This document shows positions 55,901-62,119 of a stretch of 64,000 nt of DNA, piece after piece. Position 1 is the first letter of the stretch. Every line of letters starts with the position of its first letter. Made by a program: the position numbers and the translations under genes. Location: the NCBI GenBank assembly GCA_039798785.1, contig JBDKFG010000002.1, positions 60,853 through 124,852 on the forward strand, written 5' to 3'. The DNA is from Verrucomicrobiota bacterium (GTDB taxonomy: Bacteria > Verrucomicrobiota > Lentisphaeria > Lentisphaerales > Lentisphaeraceae). The notes under the pieces are model-generated. The model was not told where the DNA came from and did not search any database. It saw nothing but the letters and a program-made list of their open reading frames with translations.

Positions 55901-57927
55901 GCATCGGCCTTCCCGGCGGCATCCACCTCGACAAGACCTTCGACGCCGCAGGCCACTTGGCTCGTCTCCATGCCGCCGATCCGGTCGGCAATTCCCTCTT
56001 GGATCGCACCCTCAGCTATGATCTCAGCGGCAATCTGACCGGAGTCAATAGCTCCGGCGAACAGACCCAATATCGCTACGACGGTCTCCATCAGCTTCTC
56101 TCCTGGCAACGCGGCAGCGAAGGCGAAAGCTACCTTCTTGATGCCAAGGGCAACCGCCTCGGCCAGGCGCCTTTCGGCACCCAGCCTCAAGCAGAATCGG
56201 TCTTCGATGGCGACGACAAGCTCCTCTCCAGTCCTGGAGCCAGCTACGAACACGACCTCAACGGCAACTTGACCCGCCTTGTTCGCAACGGCCGTGACCT
56301 CAGCTTCGTCTACAATGCTGCCGACCAGCTCGTCGAAGTCCACGAAGGCACCCAAGTTCTGGCTCGCTACAGTTACGACTGCCAAGGCCGCCGCGACTCC
56401 AAGCAGACATCCTCCGGCCTGGTCCGCTTCCTCTATGACGGCAATGCTAGGCTCATCGCAGAGTTGAACGATCAGAACTCCTTCCGCCGCGTCTACACCT
56501 GGTACGGCATGCAGCCCTTGGCCTTGGAAGAAAACGGCCAAGCCAGCTTCTTCCTCTGCGACGAACGCAATGCCCCGGTGAAACTCGTCACTCCCGCCGG
56601 CGCCGTTCTTTGGCAGGCGATCTACGCGCCCTTCGGTGCCGCCGTCACCACCGGAGATCTCGAAGTCAACCTGCGCCTCCCCGGTCAGTACTTCGACGCT
56701 GAGACCAGCCTGCACTACAACATGGCCCGCTACTACGACCCCCTCACCGGACGCTACACCCAGCCCGACCCGATCATGGCCGATGCCAATGCCTACGGCT
56801 ATGCCGGACACAATCCCTTTGCCCGCTTTGACCCCTTCGGCACCAGCATCGTCCAGAACCTGAGCAAGGAAGAGGCTCTCCAGTTGGTTGCCGCTCTGGG
56901 CTCCATCCTTCCCAACCCCGCAGGTTGGGCCGCTGACGCGGCCGGCGTCCTAGCTTCTCTCGCCCAAGGCGATCTCGGCGGGGCCGTCACTTCCGCCCTC
57001 GGCGCCGTGCCCATCCTGGGCGACGCAGCCACCGCGGCCAAACTCGGCCAGCTCCTCAACAAGTTCAAAAACAAGTTGCCTCTCAAGAAGTGCAACTGCT
57101 CCTTCAGTCCCGAAACCGAAGTACTCCTCGCCGATGGCACATGGAAAAAGCTCAAGAACTTCGACGGCACAGAGCAACTCCTCGCCGACAACCCGGACTT
57201 CCCCGGCGGCCCCAGAGCTTGCAAGGTCGAAGGTGTCCTCGACGGCAACACCTACGAACTCTACGACATCGGCCTTGATACCAACGGCGATGGCCTTGCC
57301 GATGGCAACAGCGTTCAAGCCACTCCACTCCACCCCTTCTTCACCCGCAAGGGCTGGGTCTTCGCCCGTGACTTGAAGCTTGGCGACGAAGTCAAGACCG
57401 ACAAAGAGACCTACCTGCCCGTGCGTAAGCATGAGAAAGTCAACGGCTTCTCGCCCACCTACAACCTCAGTGTCGAAACTGAGCACTGCTATTTCGTCAA
57501 GGTGGCTGGACAGGCTGTGGTGGTGCATAATGCGAAAACGCCTTGGGTATCACCTAAAACTGGGAAATGTCATGGCAATAGCAGTAAAACAACTAATGTA
57601 CATCATGTTTATAAGATTGAATCTACTAATGCTGTGTATATTGGAATGCCAACCCCATTTCTTCCTGATTTAGCAAAATATGGAATTAGTGGAGAAGGAA
57701 AAGATACATCTGGAGAGTCGAAACGAGCCAAAAGACAAGTTAACAAATTTAATTCAGGAAGACTGAAATATTCTAATGGTGATTGGTCCGTTAGTCGGCC
57801 ACTATTCAGAAGTCAGATTATTCAGGATAACATGACCTATTGGGGGGCTAAAGGCCTAGAATTATCACTAACAAGATACTACGAAAGTAAAAATTCTCAT
57901 AAACCACCTGAAATGCGCCTGCCATAA
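43957..57927 (+). CDS. Giant polymorphic toxin: signal peptide, Gly-rich beta-helix-like region, Ig/FN3 repeats, YD/RHS repeats, RHS core, Hint domain, C-terminal URI-fold-like nuclease
   Basis: YD repeats ~53800-56500; PGQYFDAETSLHYN.ARYYDP..GRY...DP and DPFG (56830-56841); Hint CSFSPETEV...YNLSV...H.YFV....VHN (57097-57531); tip HGNS...Y.I...KYGISG...RA.RQ...E. Confidence 0.92.
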   Translation: MKRLLSLLLCLLGLSALAQDPVTIDTDRTLAADDQSLEGKAITVAPNVKFTVSGAHSFASLALQDSAILTHPQSTATKEEGLDLTVTGAVTLDYNARIDVTGKGFPAGYTRGANSPQLHNLPAGRGGAHGSYGVYTETTPIDPNGYNYIPRPSGEVYGDFRAPYECGSGGGLAVDGTGLAGGGRVRIRCDSFTSSGIVQADGESSADGIGPGAGGSIWIKANTWSYLYGQGFSAQGGSQGALSHGPGTGGGGRIFLENVQFQEAWMSEYLFYGVSSASGAKQVADAWGYTSTSPGSAGTVYVTLTEGLPIIYQGPVALPEITDNTWASIQNQSLYRKALATPIWFGVRGQTADDPQEFAFELRLNSGHCHFETPSTTLKPTLPASSYGGMGPGSMLLCDGPVQLGSDLNLAVFAEFKKLLLPVATTVSLNVQGGVLRADELIRGEVQDLNIGSGTYLIPDLRGWRNASVNGALALMQGRVEVDTLTIGTPGSYGAGLSIKSGTQDPRLEIRARVLTVSDYSVVTVSGRGPRPGLDQNFAPNLLLQEYEGGSHGGIALFLDGRVSAASPYDNERWPQLPGQGGHIAPGLTANASGGMMMGNDPFYTAETAAWQGSGGGIIDILADEVNLAYGAAIAADGSSGYSYGPYGGPSIVTGAGAGGSILLRSRKFQFDPNSWQKPLSAAGADTYNPSTGNYSYGAGGRVAVYSDENGGLTAASVNVQADAYGNYIGPSATGDGSVYIAPRSAMPFLIQSAQVVDGKIRLFFNKAVDAASFTTTDVSLTKDGQSVAVQSLVAVNDSTWDVSAAFASGSYDLTVGPALSAQDGGIFDLNGDGAADSYHQQLQLSATAIPAPVISSHDLAQTYRILTAQGTLTVTGSRPQATYLIVNGANSGLPAAAGEFSLSLPLHEGLNTFNFQAADANGNLSEVRTLNVVRNSAAPQIVQSQPAGNSYLQNLAQIQLKWQDSYGSPDLGKSSFSLSRNGQTVNVQASVAGDQITLVPSASLEEGYYTLAVHLADEDGLASDFNLAFTIDRTAPVAPTVNEPGTVATPYVDFQGTKEAGSGIRLGEFIVVPVDDSTTWSYRFYGLLEGFNDFAFSAVDRAGNIGAVRSARVGYGDTPPGLVSTLTLDPRLDGTSVNLAWPAYDVVANGDDIVRYDVYAAPQAFTSIAGMTKATSSSVKSATVTGLARNTPVFLAVVAVDRAGHFQEAVQSIETTPVDIQPPAEIANVIVSPSSDSLALNWNASSSADCSAVLIFVDGASQPALNIPAGTNAATVAGLSPDSAHQLLLVALDGSGNRSSGVQLAAYTLMPNPSGLQADAGDAQVRLTWNAVAHPEYLSKYRVYLATSNFSSVSGMTPRAESTGTSLSLAGLVNGQTYFAAVTAVNKSGAETTQVQTISFAPVADTQGPVISGLALDGAAVVPALSVGKGGTFVLTANDPSGLSRAEFALEGRSLSDLNPADGLAATFDLLSLADGAKTISVKVYDNKGNFSTQSFSFTFALAVPDFSPSITSPANAALLNREEQSVTVQGRSGVNFKLYLNGAPVGSKTPDASGKASFTVILQPGANTLKACAFNRAGEGAFSPEISVTLDKTVPVAPQNFSATAKEQGQIALAWSKSDAAPIQGFRLYRARQAFTQPFEGTLIQTLADNARSFTDLPAEDGLWYYRVSMVNLAGTEGELSSLASAKSDRIAPQALSVEYTPQGPAIGNRFGPGLVGVKVTVSETLLATPFLSIVPEGGVPMSVELTKTSDTVFTGSFRIASSTPSGTAFAVLSARDLVGQRGTDVLAGKSFTIDTQGPILSGIVFLPGKTVQNKADAPVTLTVQAHLDQAPKAGTQPTFTWSLSKSQPDAQPVTELSGSGQDWSFQIPLSAQAGQETEELRIGFSAEDDLGNRSSVASVPPVAQIYQGELPPPLSPFGFTGKSLPAGNVELKWLAVEGVSGYRVFRQSAPGAQKEVAADVDAATLTYTDLPAADGNYIYSLASVRSENNQESIALDAETLTLVSDRTAPPAPTDLSLELLAEGIRMTWVAPAQPGEPITYSLFKAGQPISDASGLTALAKGLTQLSAIDPNPNPALRNYSVCAVDAVGNLSAPAPSQALNVQLLPVSTLSLNQLDGKAPVVSWTHPGGASIREFQVSSGSQTAKVTQSPFTDGTWTNSLTSRTYSVAAVDDLGAVSLARDITLPTLEVILLPGQALQRGLMNRVQGSVRNLSGAAIPAASLRLQLGVGVYESAVQEIPAGAETSFAITVPGLPSLVSTQSGVLSCRILPVPGTSVSIASSVSLPVTDGTLPIEITGGNLVKGVGGKVAFTLRNPSAEDIEIVTATNGGDSSQVRFRLVDAEGNTLATSALKQLVGPDLVALSSGFTVARLASGSLYSSPETDLFVPSSAPDTVFVLVEIDAIHHHLGKPDAVSLPSLRARREISLVSTAYSAIVDAVTPSVSRGTDPVTITGRALDRSNQPIGDVAVKVGVSVDGFDRVYDVRSQADGSFSLVFTPVNGEAGLHQVWAVHPDRKDKSYQASFTIAAVAVSPGSWDLTLPYDIPYELPVEIRSASGTVLNHLRLEVDGALPAGLHAELPSFPALAAAGQSFSAKIKVWGETGIPALQEIRFKVLSDEGEWAVRQLKLSLVEQSRSAYLRPEQNSLKTGLAQNQTATHALKFTSAGNLAANAPSFRLLDDQGNPAPSWLFISSVQPPALLNPGESTSVQISLSPGANIPEANYLFSLEVSAANAAAYRIPLLITVSNSQTGNVLFKVSDIYTATLNSQGEVIEGLKDATITIQKDGVILDNLPIGTTDIAGEALLQNLPIGHYSYTAKATGHTSKAGTFWVYPGTTSTQPVHLDSQLITVEWSVVPTSIKDKYDIVLNTTFATSVPAAVVTVEPAAINLPDNMKAGQTYTGEFKFTNHGLIRADQVKFNLPASDSLFKFETLGTLPDKIEAGQTLYLPYRITCVNPGSLSAGSGGGTGADLDPNFDPNLDPDPDDEEEEGEETVSTTSWTEYVGPCKHVLKVCTLSSVMRCANGVETPLPQVTTASYARFGTGCDGPPSSGGSGGSFGDFVISGGGGGWSGTATGGTSGPNLPVISFPGQTIPTVGGSGVSGCEIVVVDSECHEIDADSLIDLIGCGVDRLSGNYTDGASSDDALLDLETETFGYTVALQRTWSKGRWRFEHDNKNLTFAIKKDASNRLVITDLTRNGIKYSAPEAFISNSNQALELTGVTDAAGSVYHYCPDGYRANNSSLRFDPQEGRWNYRNAFTGKEWFDAKGRCLGYGDGTKVAVIFDRDESGFVAAIKNRKGVVLFTLTHDAQGHLTSAKDRENREVKYTWEGDRLLTYTNPMGEVLSYGYDLNGRIISKTSPEGVGTVVEYYTDGRVAKVTEGDTSHSYSWHYDSAKSLLVCTVKDSDGGIEETWMTNSGNVVRADFNGRTVYKLDVGDRESVVTDAQGLQTIHKFDDFKNIVETRNSDGTVESFKHGVEASQLNEETSPTGIKVKYEYDGNYNLTRELYGEGTPFQFENLYEYDAEDQLIKTTRRSPGLPDRVSSTSYDNDGHVVSETDEEGEITTILARNSLGQPLEIKDSNGLTSRMEYDLNGRLIKTIDGLGRTQLTEWNKDSLPHRVTDAKGKVKTNTFSARRLLTGTTDRRGGETKISYSPELQPLKITRPDGSVSQFEYDAQGRMIASTTGGIRTTIAYSDDPSADPLKPVSITAGDRVLSFSYDNFGRLVKSSVGTATEPEKMWTRQTWNELGLITAKEESTGQLLRFEYDQMLNITATWLRPAADQPEQLVSRQQFNAFGDVVASIDAAGKQTNYAYSPSGRLVSITTPEGRQIAYAQQRLPDGGEQRTETYPKGNKRVTRIDAQGRVVNVSIFASGVAQAESSWTYEYDELDQVTAIKDAAGQVLKSFAYDEEGAVTSASSRIGGQLFTESYRYAVSGRLESMTRVDGAQVGFAYDEEGRLVSLNSASLGQVNFADFFGDSPRRIGLPGGIHLDKTFDAAGHLARLHAADPVGNSLLDRTLSYDLSGNLTGVNSSGEQTQYRYDGLHQLLSWQRGSEGESYLLDAKGNRLGQAPFGTQPQAESVFDGDDKLLSSPGASYEHDLNGNLTRLVRNGRDLSFVYNAADQLVEVHEGTQVLARYSYDCQGRRDSKQTSSGLVRFLYDGNARLIAELNDQNSFRRVYTWYGMQPLALEENGQASFFLCDERNAPVKLVTPAGAVLWQAIYAPFGAAVTTGDLEVNLRLPGQYFDAETSLHYNMARYYDPLTGRYTQPDPIMADANAYGYAGHNPFARFDPFGTSIVQNLSKEEALQLVAALGSILPNPAGWAADAAGVLASLAQGDLGGAVTSALGAVPILGDAATAAKLGQLLNKFKNKLPLKKCNCSFSPETEVLLADGTWKKLKNFDGTEQLLADNPDFPGGPRACKVEGVLDGNTYELYDIGLDTNGDGLADGNSVQATPLHPFFTRKGWVFARDLKLGDEVKTDKETYLPVRKHEKVNGFSPTYNLSVETEHCYFVKVAGQAVVVHNAKTPWVSPKTGKCHGNSSKTTNVHHVYKIESTNAVYIGMPTPFLPDLAKYGISGEGKDTSGESKRAKRQVNKFNSGRLKYSNGDWSVSRPLFRSQIIQDNMTYWGAKGLELSLTRYYESKNSHKPPEMRLP

Positions 57928-57938
57928 GGAGTAGAATC

Positions 57939-59216
57939 ATGAAACTTACAAGATTGATGACAATTAAATATTATTGGTATGGTGATGTGAATAGAAATTT
58001 ATACGCTCACTCCTGCTTTGTTGATGCTTGCGAAATGCTGGATATCAATGTAAGAAAGAGTAGAATTTATCAAAATTATAATTCTGCAGCTCTATATGTT
58101 AATTGTATCATGGAAATAACTCCAGAACGTCCCTTGGATGACCAGCGGCATTGCAACATTAAAAATGACTTCATAATCAATCTTCCAGGAGAGCAACTTA
58201 TTAAGTTTTTTTATGACAAAGTAGTGAGCCATATGCTTAATCATGATGGATTTAAGTCCTCAACGAACGAGATTAAAAATCTTTTAGATATGCCGCACCT
58301 ATTTAGCTCTCTAATAGGATCGATAAAATTGAAATCTCATGATGTTATGGCTACCTGCTACTACTCAAATAAAAATCAAGAATTTATCTGTAATCTTAAT
58401 TTTAAGAAGAAATTCTGCATTATTAAAATCAGTGACTCTGGTCATTCGATTTACACAAGAAAGAAAGATCTCTCATTAAAAACAGATGGCGACACGGTTC
58501 ATTTGATATATAAAAAAGGTAATGCAGAGTGTATTAGCAATTTCATGTCGCTTCCTGATGATGACCAAATTTTTACAGAAATCCCTCGGCACAGCTTAAT
58601 AGATACAATGATCGAGGTAAAAATTATTATAGATTTTTCCTCACAAAAGGCAACATGGTCTGAAGGGGGCTCTGTTGGCAGACTTGGCAATATAAAACCA
58701 AATTTTACATTTACATTTAGCGAGACCGCTGATGTCTTGAACTTACCATCCAATCAAAACCCAGCCAAGATCAATAAATATTCGACTAAAATCAATGCAT
58801 TTACGAAATCATTTTGGAAGACAATTGGCCGAATGAAAGACGCTGATAATGAAGAATCGATTCGAGTAGAATTGGCCCAGTTAAAGCCTCAAAAACTGGC
58901 AGACTTTCAGTTGATGGCTAATTTCTACATGGAATTGCTTGACAATGATGACTTCTCACAGCACCTGAAACTACATGGTGACTCCGATGACCCCTTCTCT
59001 TATGTGCGTGGCACCGTCATTATGTCTGGTGAGGAGAAGTTCAAAGCGATTCTCGCCAAGCCTGAATTAATCGCTGAATTTGACGGGGAAGACACACCCT
59101 TAATCGAAAGCCTTGAGTTCATGGCCGAAGAAGTGGCTCTTGAAGAGCTAGGTCTCAGCGAAGAGCAATGGGAGAAGTATTTGGAAAAGAGCAAAGTGGA
59201 TGTGAGTAAGCTGTGA
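57939..59216 (+). CDS. Probable immunity protein; C-terminal part DUF4240-like
   Basis: AT-rich; starts 11 nt after the toxin stop with AAGGAG; FWKTI...SDDPFSYVRGTVIMSGEEKF. Confidence 0.7.
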   Translation: MKLTRLMTIKYYWYGDVNRNLYAHSCFVDACEMLDINVRKSRIYQNYNSAALYVNCIMEITPERPLDDQRHCNIKNDFIINLPGEQLIKFFYDKVVSHMLNHDGFKSSTNEIKNLLDMPHLFSSLIGSIKLKSHDVMATCYYSNKNQEFICNLNFKKKFCIIKISDSGHSIYTRKKDLSLKTDGDTVHLIYKKGNAECISNFMSLPDDDQIFTEIPRHSLIDTMIEVKIIIDFSSQKATWSEGGSVGRLGNIKPNFTFTFSETADVLNLPSNQNPAKINKYSTKINAFTKSFWKTIGRMKDADNEESIRVELAQLKPQKLADFQLMANFYMELLDNDDFSQHLKLHGDSDDPFSYVRGTVIMSGEEKFKAILAKPELIAEFDGEDTPLIESLEFMAEEVALEELGLSEEQWEKYLEKSKVDVSKL

Positions 59217-59371
59217 CACGATACATTCACTTCCTCGTGTTCCTGCTTGCCTGCCTTTGTGCGGGCAACGCGAGCGCTTGGAACGATGAAAACGCCTACA
59301 GCTTGATCTCCACTACGCCCGATGACCATGGTCGCATCACCAAGCTTCAATAAAAACACAGGAGGCAACTC

Positions 59372-59686
59372 ATGAATCGCAACAGAGGTACGGATATTTC
59401 CGGCAAGGAATTCGGGAGCACTACTGTTGGCGCCGTCTGGCAAAAAGGAAGAGTGATCGACGGATATGATCTAAAGGTGTGGAGGTATGACACCTGTGGG
59501 AGGCCCATGAAATTCGAAGATTATGGGAATACAAATTCGCAGCATGGATGGGAAGTTGATCACATAAAGCCAGTGGCACTAGGCGGAAGCGATGATATTT
59601 CAAACCTTCAGCCATTGCAGTGGGGAAACAACAGGGACAAGAGTGATACATATCCCTGGACTTGCCCTCAGATAACCCGGGAATAG
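59372..59686 (+). CDS. HNH endonuclease
   Basis: GWEVDHIKPVALGGSDDISNLQPLQWGNNRDK. Confidence 0.9.
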   Translation: MNRNRGTDISGKEFGSTTVGAVWQKGRVIDGYDLKVWRYDTCGRPMKFEDYGNTNSQHGWEVDHIKPVALGGSDDISNLQPLQWGNNRDKSDTYPWTCPQITRE

Positions 59687-59765
59687 TCTTCGAGTCTGTG
59701 ATAGCGTATCACCCAATGGAGGAAAGGTAAGCCGGGAATTCCCACAACGAATCAAAGGGTAATTT

Positions 59766-62066
59766 ATGGACGCAAACAATTCGCCATCTCCTAAAACAGA
59801 AAATCACTTTACTAACCTAAGTAATTTCCCCTATGAAGTACTTTTAAAACGAGATATAACTCAGTCCCAAAAAATTATTGATGACATGCAAGTTCAGTTA
59901 GAATTTCAAGAACTGCTTACGGATTCTAAAATTCGACGTGAACTTCTTGGGGCACTAGTCGACTCAACTGGCAATATTGAAATTGCAATTGGGGGACGCT
60001 GTTATATTGTTTTTCTAGAATCTACAAAACTCAGTGATTTCCCACTTCTAATCCGTGATATTTTTTCTGTTATTGAGGTTTTTCATCCTTATTTCCCCAA
60101 TCCAAACGAAAGTCCATTTATGCGATCATATGCCCCTGAATATGGGCGATATTCCACAACATTTCCATTTCAATGGGTAGATGTTATCGCCACACTCGAC
60201 AAAACACCGGCCTCACACTTATATGCATTATTAAAATCGATAGCTAATCATGATAACCTTATAACGACAATGAAGAATGCTATCAAATACTATAAAAAAC
60301 AAAATGCATCTGATGAAGAAAGTAACCAGAAAACTGAATTTTACCTTAAAACGCCATTAACCATCGATCATTTAAACTTTTGGTTTAACACATATTTTCA
60401 TACATCTACAGTAATGCCCCAGCCAGTTTTTTCCAAAAGCCATGATCGCTTTAGAATAGTTCTTCGGAACCGCCATCAAGAAATTAAAGGTATGATTCAT
60501 GTGGAGTTTTTGAATGGTGTGCTGCTTGAACTTCCCATCCAACCACTAGTTGTTAAGAACAGAAATTCTTACCATGAATTCATTGCTCCAGGGAATTCAT
60601 CTCCCTGCTTCTTGAATGAGGAATCATTTTCAATCCATAAGAATATAATTATATTTTCGGATCTATTAACAGCTTACAAAATGTATGAAGTTACATTCGA
60701 ATATATTTTATCCAATTTTGTGGGGTCAATAGAAAATATTGATGCCTACGACTGGAGTATATTTGAGAATAAAAACGTTGAATATTACATATTTAATTTT
60801 AACAATAACACACTCCCGATAGAAATAAAAAAATCTATTGAAATCGGACGAAATATTAACCAACAATGCAGCATTAATTTCTCACTAGTTAACATTGCAG
60901 ATAGATCGATAAGCTTAATTGGTAATTTTGAAGAACTACAAAAATATGCGATTGATGCTGGAATAATTTCAAGCGCTGATGATGAAATTCTTTTGGAGAT
61001 GAAAGAGTGCGAATTCGATCCTAATAACGCTGCAAAATCAATCGATTTAATTGAGGGGATCGCTTTGGTCGGATCAATAAGCTTGCTGGCCGGACCAAGT
61101 AACTCTGGGAAAAGCCTTTTGGCTCAAGAGTTAGCTGGGCAATTATCTGAAGAAACCGGCCTTTTCTTGGGGGCTCGTGTTAAAAAATCAAATGTTGTGA
61201 TTTTTGATACGGAGATTCCTGACAATGTTCTACAACAAAGATTCCATCTATTTTCCTTAGAAAAAGTAAAGTGGTTTTCACTTCGAAAATATACAGACAA
61301 CCCAAAGATAGATGGATTAACCGAATTCATCTGTGCTAAAATGAATAGTTTTCTTAGGAATTTGAAATGCGATGTTATAATTGTTGATTCTATTTTTAAA
61401 GTAGTTACTAATTTATCAACATCAGACAAAGATATTCGAACACTATTATCATGGGCCAACGACCACATAAACAAAGGCAAATCGGTAATTTTTGTAAGTC
61501 ACTATAAAAGAAGTTACAACCCAAAGGATGATTTGCAAGAAAAAATTGGTGGGGGAGCTCGACTTATCCGCGGCACACATAATCGTATAGTCGTTGAAAG
61601 ATCAACTACTCACGATCGAAGTTCTGATATTTTTAATATTGAATTCGACCTAAAATGTCACAAAAAAGATCCTGTATTCACACATCATGAAAGAACTCCT
61701 CCAAGACACAGATTAATAGAAAATATAACGGAATTCAATTCCGGAAGCAAGAAAGAAAATTCATTTAATGAGGAGGAAAATACTCAGCAAATTGAAATTA
61801 CTCCTGAAGAAGCCAAGAAATTCATAATAAAAAAAGTTCCCACATCTAAAGGAAAACAACTTTCGAAGGATGATATTACGCTTAAGATTATGCTGTATTT
61901 TAAGTGTAGCTATAGCCACGCGACTAAACAGCCAAACGAATGGGTTAAAAATGGTTTTCTTAAAGAGACTAAAGAAGGCGCATTGAAGTATTATTGCAGA
62001 TTACCAGAAGAATTTGAGAAAAACATTCCACCTGAAGAACCCGAAAATTTAGATACCCAAGAGTAG
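59766..62066 (+). CDS. AT-rich protein with AAA_25/RepA-like (RecA-fold) ATPase domain
   Basis: Walker A GPSNSGKS, FDTE, Walker B VIIVDS, FVSH..R and GG motifs. Confidence 0.75.
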   Translation: MDANNSPSPKTENHFTNLSNFPYEVLLKRDITQSQKIIDDMQVQLEFQELLTDSKIRRELLGALVDSTGNIEIAIGGRCYIVFLESTKLSDFPLLIRDIFSVIEVFHPYFPNPNESPFMRSYAPEYGRYSTTFPFQWVDVIATLDKTPASHLYALLKSIANHDNLITTMKNAIKYYKKQNASDEESNQKTEFYLKTPLTIDHLNFWFNTYFHTSTVMPQPVFSKSHDRFRIVLRNRHQEIKGMIHVEFLNGVLLELPIQPLVVKNRNSYHEFIAPGNSSPCFLNEESFSIHKNIIIFSDLLTAYKMYEVTFEYILSNFVGSIENIDAYDWSIFENKNVEYYIFNFNNNTLPIEIKKSIEIGRNINQQCSINFSLVNIADRSISLIGNFEELQKYAIDAGIISSADDEILLEMKECEFDPNNAAKSIDLIEGIALVGSISLLAGPSNSGKSLLAQELAGQLSEETGLFLGARVKKSNVVIFDTEIPDNVLQQRFHLFSLEKVKWFSLRKYTDNPKIDGLTEFICAKMNSFLRNLKCDVIIVDSIFKVVTNLSTSDKDIRTLLSWANDHINKGKSVIFVSHYKRSYNPKDDLQEKIGGGARLIRGTHNRIVVERSTTHDRSSDIFNIEFDLKCHKKDPVFTHHERTPPRHRLIENITEFNSGSKKENSFNEEENTQQIEITPEEAKKFIIKKVPTSKGKQLSKDDITLKIMLYFKCSYSHATKQPNEWVKNGFLKETKEGALKYYCRLPEEFEKNIPPEEPENLDTQE

Positions 62067-62119
62067 CTATTGTAATCGTGTGGACTCAGATATAGATTCT
62101 TGCGTTGCATAGGACGAAA

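Noticed and set aside
35117..57528. Long minus-strand ORFs (up to 571 aa) inside the two giant genes
   Set aside because: Expected stop-poor antisense frames of GC-biased coding sequence.
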